This document shows positions 1 to 11,860 of a stretch of DNA of 64,000 bases, piece after piece (positions within the stretch are counted from its first letter, which is position 1; each line of letters opens with the position of its first letter). The DNA lies in the NCBI GenBank assembly GCA_028534125.1, contig CM052816.1, positions 5,334,001 through 5,398,000 of the forward strand, given 5' to 3'. The DNA is from Lama glama (Eukaryota). A program made the translations under genes and the position numbers. The notes under the pieces were generated by a model. It had not been told where the DNA came from and ran no database searches. It saw only the letters and a list, made by a program, of their open reading frames with translations.

Positions 1-397
1 AATCAAAAGGAAAAAGAGAATTTTTAAAAAGTCTGCCTAACTCTTGGATCCACTGAATCCTAGCTTGAAAAACACTGGTCTCAGGCACAACAGGTCCCTG
101 GGAACCCAAGGCACCTGTGAGTTCAGCCTCTGAAGCTCCTCTTTATTTGGGACACCCCTGCCAGCCTTTCCTTCCTACAGGCCCCGGGGGCTAAGAAACC
201 AGAGGTCACCGGTTTTCACTCGTGCGACCTGGAGCCATAGAGTTGAATCCAGGTTCTCCTCACACCTTCAAGGGGGAGAAGCCATACTTTACCTTATTTT
301 CTTTACAATAATTTTGAAATTACTTGCAATTTTTTAACTTAAAAAAATTTCACATCAGCCTCTTGAGTAAAAGTTCTTTTGAAAAAAAGTTTTCAAA

Positions 398-473
398 GTG
401 GGGATCGCTCTGTGGTATATACAAATTTTGAACTAAAATGCTGCATACCTGAAACATACCATTTTAAAGAAAG
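398..473 (+). mobile_element. Short L1 3'-end fragment
   Basis: ATGCTGCATACCTGAAAC resembles L1 3' termini; A-rich tail; flanked by AAAAAAGTTT motifs. Confidence 0.5.
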
Positions 474-484
474 AAAAAAGTTTC

Positions 485-633
485 CCAGACAAATTAGGAG
501 TTTGGGATTAGCAGATACAAACTACCATATATAAAACAGATAAACAACAATATACATATACCTATGACTGAATCCCTATGCTGTACAGCAGAAGCTAACA
601 CAACACTGTAAATCAACTATATTTCACTTTAAA
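485..633 (+). mobile_element. Cetartiodactyl-type L1 3' UTR fragment with an internal deletion
   Basis: AAATTAGGAGTTTGGGATTAGCAGATAC...GCTGTACAGCAGAAGCTAACACAACACTGTAAATCAACTAT matches the copy at about 19880-20090. TSD AAAAAAGTTTC at 474-484 and 634-644. Confidence 0.8.
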
Positions 634-2409
634 AAAAAAGTTTCACTATTGAAGAAAGAAAAAAAATTGGAAAATCGCAGACACAGGCCATCTTCCTCAC
701 TTCGCAGACAGTGAAACTATGACCCAGAGGAGGGACAGGGTTTGCTGGGTGACTAGTGAGTCAGGGAGAGCAGGGCCCGAGAACCCTCCCTCGGCCCTGG
801 ATTCCTCAGATCATTTCTCCCCATCAACCCCTGAACCCTCACAGTGTTCCTGCCTGCTCGATCTCACTGCTCTCACTGAAAGAAGCATCGTCTCCTTCAA
901 GTTTCAAGGTTTCCTCTCATGTGCAGATGGGAAGACACAAAACTCAAGGGGCAATCTGGGCAATGTGGGGGCTCCACACTGAACCCCGGCTTCATCCCAG
1001 ACATGTGTGTGGCGGCAGGGTCTCCAGCATGTAGGAGAGAAGGGGTTGGCATACGCAGGCGGCCTTATGAATGCAAACGTAACTGTCATAGCTGGAGACT
1101 CCTTTACGATTCCACTGAAAGATGAAATGAATTCAACTTCAGAGGCCATGACTGTTCTAAACATCAGAACAAAGGCTTTTGGGAAATGAGGGCTTCCTGA
1201 GTCCTACAGCCAAATGTCTGAGGGTGGCACTCAGGTGCTAGGAGGTAGGGTGGACCTTGGTGTGGATCTAGTTTAAGGCCTGAGTGAGTCTGACCTTGAA
1301 CTTGCTGTGTGACGTCAGAGCTCTCATTTAGCCTTTCTGGGCCTCAATTTCCTCATCTCTGAAATGTGGCTACTACCATGTAGCTGACATCGCTGGATTA
1401 CAGTGAGAGAGGAAACGGGGAACGGTGTTTAGAGTCAGTGTGACGTTCTTGTCACCTCTGCATTTCAAAATGGGAGCAAACCAACTTATTAATGCTGGAG
1501 GTGGAGGGAGGGGATCAGAGATTCTCACTGAAAAAGAAAAGGTAATATACCAAAAAATCAGTTCTTTGACACATAATAGCAGTTGTTGCCTCAAACACAT
1601 CACTTTTCAGCAGGTGCTCGCATAGCCAACAAGCTTTCTGGGCATGCTGAGCCCCACTGTGCCCTTGCCCTTCAACTGCTCACTCTCCAGCTGGCGGGGC
1701 AGGCTCCAGGCCTGGAGTAGGAGGGGCCAGACACTGAGGGTCCACCCTGAAGGCTCAGCTTTCGAGCATCAGGACCCCAGGGAGGGGAGACCAGCCTGGG
1801 CTGGAGCATCAGAGAAGCCTTCTTAGAGGTGGGAGGACCTGATCACCTTGGACTTGGAGGATGAGGAGGATGCTAGGAGGCAGAAAGGAAGGGATGATGA
1901 TGACAGAGGAGGATGTGAGGGTGTAAGGTTGGATGGGAAGGCTGGGCTCTGGGCCTCGCTCTCTTGGCCATGTCGGGTCCTGCCCTGTGAGGGCAGACAC
2001 GTGTCCCTGAGCCGTAGCAGCACCCAGCCCTCCTCTGTCCCCACCCAGATGTACAGAGCCAGATGGACAGCACGTGCTCAGCGCATCTCAAAGGAGCGTG
2101 CTACATCTCTCGCACATGCGTCATAATTCACCACCAGCCATGGATAGCACCACAACTCAACAATCCAGCTGGGGAGATGAGAATGAGATATGCAAAAACA
2201 ATGCCCAATTCATCAGATGGACTTGGAGTTGAGGTGCTGACACACACGATTGATGGTGTTCAGGAAGTGACAGGATCACATGGACACACGCGGGGTCAAG
2301 CACGATGCCCACACCTGGAGCTCTCAAAGCCGTGATGCCATCATTTGCTCCCGAACCCAGGAAAGCACAAGGGCAGCAAGGTGTGTGAGCACCATTATTG
2401 TAAGGATAC

Positions 2410-2885
2410 AGCAGATGCAAAGCTGTGTGTTTTCTCAGTGGTCCCTCACTGTCTCCTCTCCTCTCACCTCCCCTTCTCTCACTCCCTACATTCCATCCAC
2501 ATCAGGTCAAATGGAGACTTAGGTGAAACATCATAAATCACAGCAGGGAATGGGATCTGGCTTTCTGAACGGCTGCCAAGGGGCTGGAAGTTGGTTTGAA
2601 CTCTGATCAACAGGAGACGAGAGAGCCAGGCAGAAAAGTTTGCCCTCCTCTCTCATCCATGGACTGCTCCGAATGTTGTTGCTCCCTGCAACCTGTGGGA
2701 GAGGTCCCCCCACTGGGAGAGCACACCTGCCGATGCTGGGGGTCGCTGTGCAGTGGAAGCCACTGCTGTAACTGCTCCTCGTTTCTTGCCCCATTTCCCC
2801 TTTTTATCCCCACCCTCGCTGCCTGGGGCTTGCAACACCTTAATCATAGCTTAGGTTGTTTTCTAGAGAACATGGGCTAAGTAAG
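2410..2885 (+). mobile_element. Old ERVL-type LTR (LTR16-like)
   Basis: Recognised from degenerate sequence ending ...TTTCTAGAGAACATGGGCTAAG; boundaries approximate. Confidence 0.5.
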
Positions 2886-5800
2886 GCAAAGAATTCATTT
2901 GCTTTAATTTGTAAAACAAGTCATTCACAAACACTGGTGCTTTAAAAGTTGTCAGTAATGAAATGTCCTGATGCTACAGAAGAGAACGAGGGGAGAACAG
3001 AGAGCACTGGTGGGATTTTGATTCAAATTCTCTAAGGTGCTCTTGTATCTGTTAATTCCACAGACACTGCACAATGTCACTATGTGCCTGGCACTGTGCA
3101 GGGTACCAGGGACACAGAGGTAACTAAGACGTGGTCCATGTCCTCAGGGAGCAGAGGAGCTGACATGTAAATGCTGGGGTAGGTGCAAGTGATTTAGGAC
3201 AGGGCATAGCGGAGGTAAAGATCCTCCCGGTATTGTCTGAGGACAAGGGATGGGGGAAGAGATCGGCTCACAGAGCTTGGTCCAGAAGCATGGACAGGAC
3301 AAGTGGGAAGAAGTCACTCTTGCCTCTGAATTCCCACTGCCTGGTGTCCACTCTCTTCTCAGAGCACAGACTTCACTTGCCTATAGAACCCCAGCCCTCA
3401 GGGCAGGCTCTATGTCCTGAGGTTCATCAGGATATCCCTGAAGTCCCACCTGGAACCTGGCTCACAGCAGGGGTTCAGCAGGGATTCTGGAGCCATGGGA
3501 AGGCACAGAGGGCCTGGCTTGGGACCTCCAATCCCCCCTTGCTCCCAGCGGGCCTGAGGGGTGCTGCTCCCTTCATCCCACGGCGACCTCGATGCTCCAC
3601 AGCCAGGTTCTCTCCAGGGAGCGGGTGGGGGTGAGGCGTGAGAAAAGCCCTCTTAGCAACATTGTTCCACTCCCGTGGGTGGGATGGAAAGTACTTCCCC
3701 CTCAAGAACCTTGGCCTGGGATTCGCCTAATGATTAAATCAGATGTGGTGGGAAAATATTTAAAAGGTGTTTTTTTGGTGGAGGTGGCGTCACTGCTATC
3801 TTTTTTTTCACTCATAACTGCTGCACTCTGTCCACCACTCTCAACACCCCCCCCGAAAACAAAACAAAACCAAAAACACCATGGCCGCTACCACCCCCGG
3901 AGAAGGAAACCATCACAACATCAGAAAATAAAAACAAAAATCTTGGCAAAGCCAAGGTCCTGGCACAAATAACACATTGGAAGAACACCGGCGGAGTGAG
4001 ACTCCAGCCCCCACAGCCCTCACCACGACCCAGGGCTAAAATCAGGCCTGAGCTTGGGGACTGGGCATTATCAGCGAGGAGGCGAGGAGGTCAGAGCCGG
4101 TGAGGGTCCCTGGACACAAGCACCACTTCCATATGACGCAGAGTGTGAGACAAAAGAAACTTACATTCTTCTAAAAAAGTTTACATTTTTGCCCGTCTCA
4201 GTTGAGGGCTCCATGAAATTTCTTCCCAGCTATAACTATGTACTGATATAAAACTTTGGTGTCATCAAAGGTTTATTTAACCCAAAAATGTGAATAAAAT
4301 TTCCTAAGTAGCTACTATGGAAGTCTGGCCTCTTGAAATATCCAGAAAATCATGGGAGTGCAGCTGTGGCTTGGTGGCCGAAGTGAAGTATTCAGGCATT
4401 TGGCAGGGCTCAGAGCTCCCCAGCATCAGACCTGGTGGCCAACACATCATTGACACACCTGCTGGGGTCTCCGACATTCAACTTGGGCTTTATCCAATTA
4501 ACACTAGCCATTGACAAGGTTTCATAGCATTAAAAGCCACCACCAAACAGGAGTCTGCACCAACAAACATGTAAATTGGCATGACTGAAAAAAATGTCAT
4601 GTGTCAGCGACAGATCCAAGGCTAATTCCATTCCACTGCCTGATTGACTCTGGGGGCAGGCAGTGACATGGAATAAAGTGGTAGGGACCTGGGGCCCGCC
4701 CACCCAGCCCAGGGAAGCTCCCAGCTCTACACATACCAGCTGTGGGATCTTGGACAAGTCACGTCACCTCTCTCAGCCTCAGGGTTTGCGCACGCGAAAT
4801 GGGGACCATACTCTCCCCACCTCATGGGCTTGCTGAGAAGTGAGTGCAAACACTGAACACTGTGCTCGGCACATAGCTTGGCACTCAATCGAAGGCCAGG
4901 ATCCTCAGGTGAAAACCCCTATGAACAAGGGACCTTGGTGTCCGACTGGGGAGGAGCTGTCAGCACTCAGAGTTGTTCCCACCAGAGTGGCTGCATTGAA
5001 TTCAGGGTGCTTCGGAGTGGTGAGCCCAGGGCTGGTAGGAGCAAGCCTTCCCAGTGTGAGCCCTGCCTGGGAACAGTCCGCAGGGCCCAGCGTGGGGTGC
5101 CAGGTACACAGGAAGGCCAGGAATGGTGTCAGGATTTCAGGTATCTGGTGAACAGATACACAGTAGGTGTTTTATAAACATTCTCCAAATGAACAGTGGG
5201 CTTTGGAATAAAAAAACTGTACGTGTATTTTTGTGCATGGCACTCAGCCTCTCTGGGTCTCTTTTACATCCTGCAAAATGGGATAATACTATCTTCCTTC
5301 CAGGGTTGTGGTGAAGTTAGTTCAGTCTTGTAAGTAAAACTGCCTAACATATAGTAAGTGTTCAGTAAGTGGTGGTTACTGAATTACACTGTGAATGAGG
5401 AGTAGGAGCCAGAAAATAAATGAGTCACAACTGAAGGGAAAACCATTCTATTTAGGTGTGTAACCTTGGACAAGTCTCCTCACTTTATTAAGCCTCGGCT
5501 GCCTCGACTATAGAACAGGAGCAGTCAGATGACCGAGCCCACAGGGTTGTTATGAGGATCAGGCAAGTGACCCAAAGTGGAAACTCTGTAAACTCTAAAG
5601 TGGTAAACAGATGCCGATGGCTGAGCAGAGCCAAGCAGGACCATGGGCTACAGGGGAATGGAAGCACCCAACCCAAAGGAAGCCAAGGGCAAGGTGTGTG
5701 GATGAGGAACCACGGGTATAATGGCCTTTCTTATCTATGTTTACTATGTGGGATTTTTTTTCTGATTATAAAAATATTGCAATATAGACAGTTTGGAAAA

Positions 5801-5919
5801 CACATAAAAGTGCACAGAAAAACAAAGAAAACTCTTGCGATGCCATCATCTAGAAATAACACGTACTGGGTTGTATTTAGTGTCCTGCTGCCAAAGGTGA
5901 CACAGTTTGAGTGTACACG

Positions 5920-6185
5920 AGGCAGCATGCTGAAGTGGTCCAAGGGCAGACCCCATGGTCAGCTTCTAAGTTCAAACTCCAGTCCCACCTCCTGCCAGGT
6001 ATGTGACCCCGGAGACGATTCCTTACTTCTCCAAGTCTGTTTCCTTGTACATAAAATGGGATAATATTAACATCACTTTCTTTGTAGAATAGTTGCAAAG
6101 ATTAAATTAGATAATGCATGGTAAATGCTCAGCACAGTGTTTACCGCATTATAAGAACTCAATAAATATAGATATTATTATTACT
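5920..6185 (+). mobile_element. MIR SINE
   Basis: Core TCTGTTTCCTTGTACATAAAATGGGATAAT and 3' end GATTAAATTAGATAATGCATG...CTCAATAAAT. Confidence 0.75.
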
Positions 6186-6271
6186 ATACATACACACCTA
6201 CTTACACAATTTTTATTTACAAAATGGATCTTTTTGGGTAACAACTATGTCATCCAATTTTCTCATACAAC

Positions 6272-6635
6272 AGTAGTTCCCAGTGTGGACTCAGGGCCAG
6301 CAAGATCAGTTTTCAAGGAGGGAGGGTACAGCTCAGTGGTAGAGAGCATGCCTAGCATGCACAAGGTCTTGGGTTCAATCCCCAGTACCTCCATTAAATA
6401 AACAAACAAACCTAATTAACCTTCTCCTCAAAAAAAAATTGTGAAATTAAAAAAAAAAACCCTCAAAGAAAAGGAAAGTTAAAAAAAAAAATCAGTCTTC
6501 AACTTGCTAAACACAGAAATTCTCAGCCAGACCTTGACCTGCTGAATCAGAAACTCTAAGGGTGGGGCCCAGCCAACTAGATTTTCCCAAGCCGTCCTGG
6601 TGATGCTGATGCTCACTCAAAGTTGAGAACCACTG
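6272..6635. mobile_element. MER5A-like hAT MITE split by a SINE
   Basis: CAGTAGTTCCCAGTGTGG...CTGCTGAATCAGAAACTCT...GTTGAGAACCACTG termini on either side of the SINE. Confidence 0.7.
6317..6487 (+). mobile_element. tRNA-Ala-derived camelid SINE (Vic-1-like)
   Basis: A box AGCTCAGTGG, B box GGTTCAATCC, tRNA-Ala(AGC)-like body ending ACCTCCA, A-rich tail. TSD AAGATCAGTTTTCAA / AAAATCAGTCTTCAA. Confidence 0.9.
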
Positions 6636-6985
6636 GGCTCAGTGGCTTCACAGCATTTTCTACCATGACTTATTTATCAGTCTCCTCTTTTCAGACATTT
6701 AGGCTGTTTGCCAGTGGGGTGCTACAGTGAGCTGTACAGACCCCTGAGAGGCAACTGCAAGTATCCCCCAACTCTGTGTTATTTTGGTAGCTTGAAATCA
6801 GCCTTGGAGGGAGGTTTTACACCACAGAAATCAGCAAGCGCTACAAATCAGGGCTCCCCATCTTCACCCCGGCTGGTTGTTCACTTCACCCAACACGCTA
6901 CCAGCTATTTCCGTTGGTTTTGGTCAACAGCACAATGGTGAGCATCCATGTCCACACACCCACCTGCTCATCATTAAAAAAATTT

Positions 6986-7119
6986 TTTTTTATTGCAGTA
7001 TAGTCAGTTTACAATGCTGTGTCATTTCTGGTGTGCAGCATAATGCTTCAGTCATGCATGAACATACATATATATTCATTTTCATTTTTTTTTTCACAAG
7101 TTACCACAAGATAGTGAAT
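6986..7119 (-). mobile_element. L1 3'-end fragment (left arm of inverted pair)
   Basis: Poly-T followed by the reverse complement of the L1 terminus ...ACATTGTAAACTGACTATACTGCAATAAAA. Confidence 0.85.
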
Positions 7120-7255
7120 GGTGAAGAAGAATATGAAAACAAATATATGTATGTTCATGTATGACTGAAGCATTATGCTATACACCAGAAATTGACAGAA
7201 CACTGTAAACTGACTATATTTCAATATATACATATATACATTTTATATACATACA
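7118..7255 (+). mobile_element. L1 3'-end fragment (right arm of inverted pair)
   Basis: GAATATGAAAACAAATATATGTATGTTCATGTATGACTGAAGC...GTAAACTGACTATATTTCAAT plus a TA-rich tail. Confidence 0.85.
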
Positions 7256-9339
7256 TAAAAGAATTTAAATAGCCACACGTGGCTGGTGGCTACTGTATGA
7301 GCACAGCTCTGGGGATTCAGGAGGGGCTGTGGTGTATGAGTCTTCTGAAACTGATCATCACGGTGACTTGAGATCCTACATTATTTATACCACCTCTGAT
7401 TTCAAATATTCTGTTCCCACTGACCCATCAACACTGACACACTGAATTCCTTAAATGTCTGGAAATTCTGATGTTTCAGAATTTCAATTACATTCTCCCA
7501 GACTGCATTTCCTAACTGGAACCCTTTGTCAGATTATGTCTCTGTAGGGACTGGGAAATACTGAGCTCCTAGCTTAGCAGAGAAGCACCGATGTTGTTCA
7601 CTCAGGGAGTGGTCTCCCAATAATCACTGTCACTGACAGACTGATAGACCACCGTGCCTCTGTGCTTTTGCTTATGCTGTTCCCTTGGCCCAGAGAACCC
7701 CTCCTCCCAATTAGGAAATACCTCCTCTAGGAAGCCCTCCCTGATTATTCCCATTTAGAATTAAATGTGAATGTAGGTGGCCCTCTGTGAGGCCACTAAA
7801 CATGGCTCATGGATCACGGCTTAGGCGAGAGACTTGAGTCACCCATTTATGACCTATTTAACCCCTATTTGAGATACAATTCTAATAACTTTAATAACTA
7901 GATTTTTTTTATCCCAAAGCTGATCTGAAATAGCAAATCCGAAGAGTGAAAAGGATCCTAGGGCCAGACACACTGGTGACGACAAGAAGTAAAAATCATC
8001 TAAGAGTCACGCAGTAAGGGAGAAGATTTAGAAAAAAATAGAAATACCAAACCTGGGCTTCCAAAGACAGAGCCATCGGGTCATTTTGTGCAAGGGCAGA
8101 TACCTTTCCAGACCTCCGTTATTCTTGAGGGTAGCGCTACATTTAATAACTGATACTTACTAAGACCTCAATAAGGCCTCAAATTCTAACTCTCAGCTCT
8201 AAAGAAGAGGTGAGGAAAGTCATCCTAAAGTTCTAGGATTTAAAGCTTGACAGGATGTGAGAAGTCACCTGAACTTTATAGATGCAGACGCTGAAGCCCA
8301 AAGAGATGATGTAATTTGCTCAAGGTCACAAAGCTATTTACTGGCAGGGCTGGAACCAAAGCTGGTCGACTTGTTCCATATCAATACCTGGAAAAGTCAT
8401 TTGATGAACTTTTTAACTCCACAGTGCCACTGAATTGATGAGGCATTTATGGAGGAAAAAAATGATGTATCTTCCCCACACACCCCCACATGAAGATATT
8501 TTCTCTAGTCACTGATGATTAATACTGGGAAAGGCTACCTCTCTATATGGAAACAGGTGTCAAAAGACAGAATAAGACAAGAGCTGGCATTTACAGCTTC
8601 ATGATGAACATGGTGTGAAAACAGTACGACTTGGGGGTGATTAGATATTTCAAAGCGGACTCTCTAATTGGGGTAATTAATATCCAAATTGGTATTATAC
8701 ACAGGCAATGTGATCAAAGTCTGTAATGAAAATGAAACCCTTCAAACACATGGCTGTCCATCAAGATGCAAATGACAGAAGAGAAATAAACCACTGATGA
8801 TACACAAATGATTTCAATGCTCCATGCATCGCCAGACATTTATTTTGGGGCTTGGGCTGTGGAAAAAGAATAATAGGATTGATCTAAGGCAGTTATAAAC
8901 CACCACTGATAGATAAATATACATCTTCTCACTCTATACAGGAGCAGGTATTCAGAACAAGGTGGTTCATACAGACAGACAGCTCTTTAAATGATACCTT
9001 GCAATTACATTACAGCCTTCCAGCAGATAATAAACCTTCAATGTCTTGAATAATTTAAAATTTTCCAGCGGCATGAAGGTTGAAGGGAAGGAAAATCACA
9101 CTTTGCTATAGAGGAGGAAAATTCCTCAGCAAATCAATTGTGGGAATTCGGGCAGAAAAATGTCCAGTTTTGCATTCGTTTTCCTGATAGGTGAATATTC
9201 CATCCCCGTTCAACCTGCCCCCTGATTTTCAAAGTCAAAGAGCCAAGAGTGAATCAATCTATAAAAAATAAAATAGGAAAATATAAAGCATGAAATCCTT
9301 TCATGTTATTCCTACTGTCACAGAAGAGGTAATACATAA

Positions 9340-9545
9340 CAGTGCAATACTCTGGATCCAAATGAACTTGAATTTGGACCTGGACTCTGCCACTTGCTTG
9401 CTGTGTAAGCTGAATCTTTCTAATTCTCAGTTTCCCATCTGTAATATCAGGACAACAATGCCCACAATCTCCTAGGATTCACTGAGATCATGAATTAGCG
9501 CTTCGTGGCACATATTAAGTGTTAATAAATGGTGGCATTTATTTT
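9340..9545 (+). mobile_element. MIR SINE (probable orthologue of the human MIR1294 host repeat)
   Basis: Core CTCAGTTTCCCATCTGTAA and 3' end GTGGCACATATTAAGTGTTAATAAAT. Confidence 0.75.
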
Positions 9546-11684
9546 TGTTTTCATACATGAATATTACTAATAATGACCGTTTAAGTTTTGGGGTCCTTAA
9601 GGTGCAGCTACAAAGGGGGATGAAGGAAAAAGAAGGAAGAGATGAACACAGAGTTTCATAATCAAGGCATGTTATAGTATCCAGGTTAATCCTTATGGTA
9701 TGGTTAATCCATGGTTACTCTGAGCCAGCCCACTACAAGCAATTAACCTGCACAACTCTTTAAGGAGGTAGCTCAGCTTTACTCACTAAGGCACAGAGAG
9801 GTTAAGAACTAGTTCAATGTCCCCCTACCATCTGACTCCAAAGCTAGGGTGCTCAGAATCCAAGGATTCACAGCCAAAACAACTTGAGGTTTATCTTTTG
9901 CATCTAGATTTAAAGAAAATGTTTTATAAAAACAGCAGTATCTGTGGGGGAACTGGTGGTCATAAACTTTGGTTCCTGCTACCGCCAAGGTGGGATTTTG
10001 TAATTCAGTTGGCTATAGACACTGGAGAACACTCAAAGAAACTGTCATAAGGGAAAATGCCTTTGTTAGATGCCTAAAAATGTTGTTCAGCCCTGTTGAA
10101 AGAGTGTACTGTATGTGCTGTGTTAGCAATTAGCTAAAATGTTTAAATGGGGTGGATACTTGAGTGCACTAGTTGGATCTGAAACGTATTCAAGGATGAG
10201 TTCTGGCTCACATATTAAGCCAGTGAAGGAGAAAAAGGCCATAACCGGGGTGTCTATACCTGTTGCCACTGCCTTGCCCTTTGAGCACAATGGATGGCCC
10301 TGAAAGCAGGAGGTACCGACTGAGAAGAGTCCGGAGGGAGGGCTGTGACTGTGTGCCTGACTTCTGGAGGTGCCAGACAGCTGTGTGGGCCGTGCCCGGC
10401 CAGCGACAGGTGCTCCCTGATTAGGAGCAGGACTCTGTCATTAACCAGCCACCTGACTGAAGTGCCCTGTGTGCTTCTATTTCTCATCTCGAAAATGCAG
10501 AGGCTGGGTAAAGATTCCTGACGGCAGAGCAGAAACTCCCTGAACTCTGAAACTGTGCTGCCTGTGAACACCAGGCTCTCTACCAGCAGTGGAAAGCCTT
10601 GATTTCTCCCCGATTTAAAAATAGATCGTGTGTGGGGGTAACTCGCAGAGCCTGAACTCCAGGTTTTACACGTGGAGAGCTTGCTCAGAGAGAGGATCCG
10701 TGGGAGTGTGGAAGAAATATTTAAAAATAAAGGTTGAAATGTGAATAGAACTGGAGTGTCTGTTTTTGAACTTACTCTACCACATTTTTTAGGAATTTAT
10801 TTTGTGGTGGAGGGAACTTGGGGGTGGGGAGACAAACAGGGTCCTTAGAAACCTGGAGGAAGTCACAGGAAGATCAGGGCAGATGCAGACTCCACTGAAG
10901 GACATGGCAAGGAGGATGAGTGTAACTGAATCGTAGGAAATACTGTCCTAAGAGCTGTCTGGTTAATTGTGCCACGGCAGGACAGGCATGGCATGGGTGT
11001 ACAGAGGTGGTCCTCAGTGCACCTGGCCCACCTGGCCTTACGGGACACTGCAGCAGACATAAGCAGGTGAGTGCTCTTAGCTGAAAGAACCAAAGCCCAG
11101 GTGTCTCGATTAGAGTTTTTGTATTTCCAATGCTATGAGACTGGTTAGAAGCGAGCTCATACGGAGGAAGCACTTTGGGGGACAAAAATATTCACAGGTA
11201 AGTTTTAAATGTCCCAGGAAAGACCAGAATTTCATGTGCTGGAAAGCAGGGCTTTTAAGTCAGGTACCCCCAGGTTGGAGTAGATGTTGGTCTACCCAAG
11301 AATAGACAGGCCATCCACGGAAAAGGGAGGGAGCTTCTGACTGAAGGGCCCCAAGCACACTCTCACATCAAAAAACATTTTATTGGACAATTTCAGGAGG
11401 AATTTATTCCATGCTTGGTGAATTTAGAGTTATGGGCTTGGTTGGGGCCTCAAACAGGTGATTATGGTAATCTAGAGAGAAAGTACCAAGCCATTTCTGT
11501 CACAAGGCCATTCCAGCTGGAAAATAATAGTGCTTCCTTGTATTTATAGAGCGCTGAACACTTTCCAAAGTGCTTTCCCAGCTATTATCTCATTTGATCC
11601 TGACAGCGGGCCAGAGATGCAGGCTGTGGCTCTGCTGTGGGGTCTCAAATGAGAGCTTTCCCCTCTCTGGGCTTCAGTTTCCCT

Positions 11685-11860
11685 ACGGTGGTCCCAGGCC
11701 TGGCTGGATCAGAATCCCCAGAGAGCTGGTTATAATACAGATTCCTAAGCTCCACCCAGACCGAGAATCTGGACTCTTGCTGGAGCAGGGCCTGGGAATC
11801 TGCATGTTAAACCTACTTTCCACGTGATTTTTATGTGCACCAAAATTTGAGAAGCCCCGC
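11685..11860. mobile_element. MER5A-like element
   Basis: GATCAGAATCCC...CAGATTCCTAAGCTCCACCC...GGAATCTGCATGTTAAAC...AAATTTGAGAAGCC. Confidence 0.7.

Noticed and set aside
919..1125. ORF with RRPYECKRNC, resembling a zinc-finger linker
   Set aside because: No C2H2 spacing and no repeats; coincidental.
6323..6393. Possible tRNA-Ala gene
   Set aside because: TSD, A-rich tail and four dispersed copies show it is a SINE.
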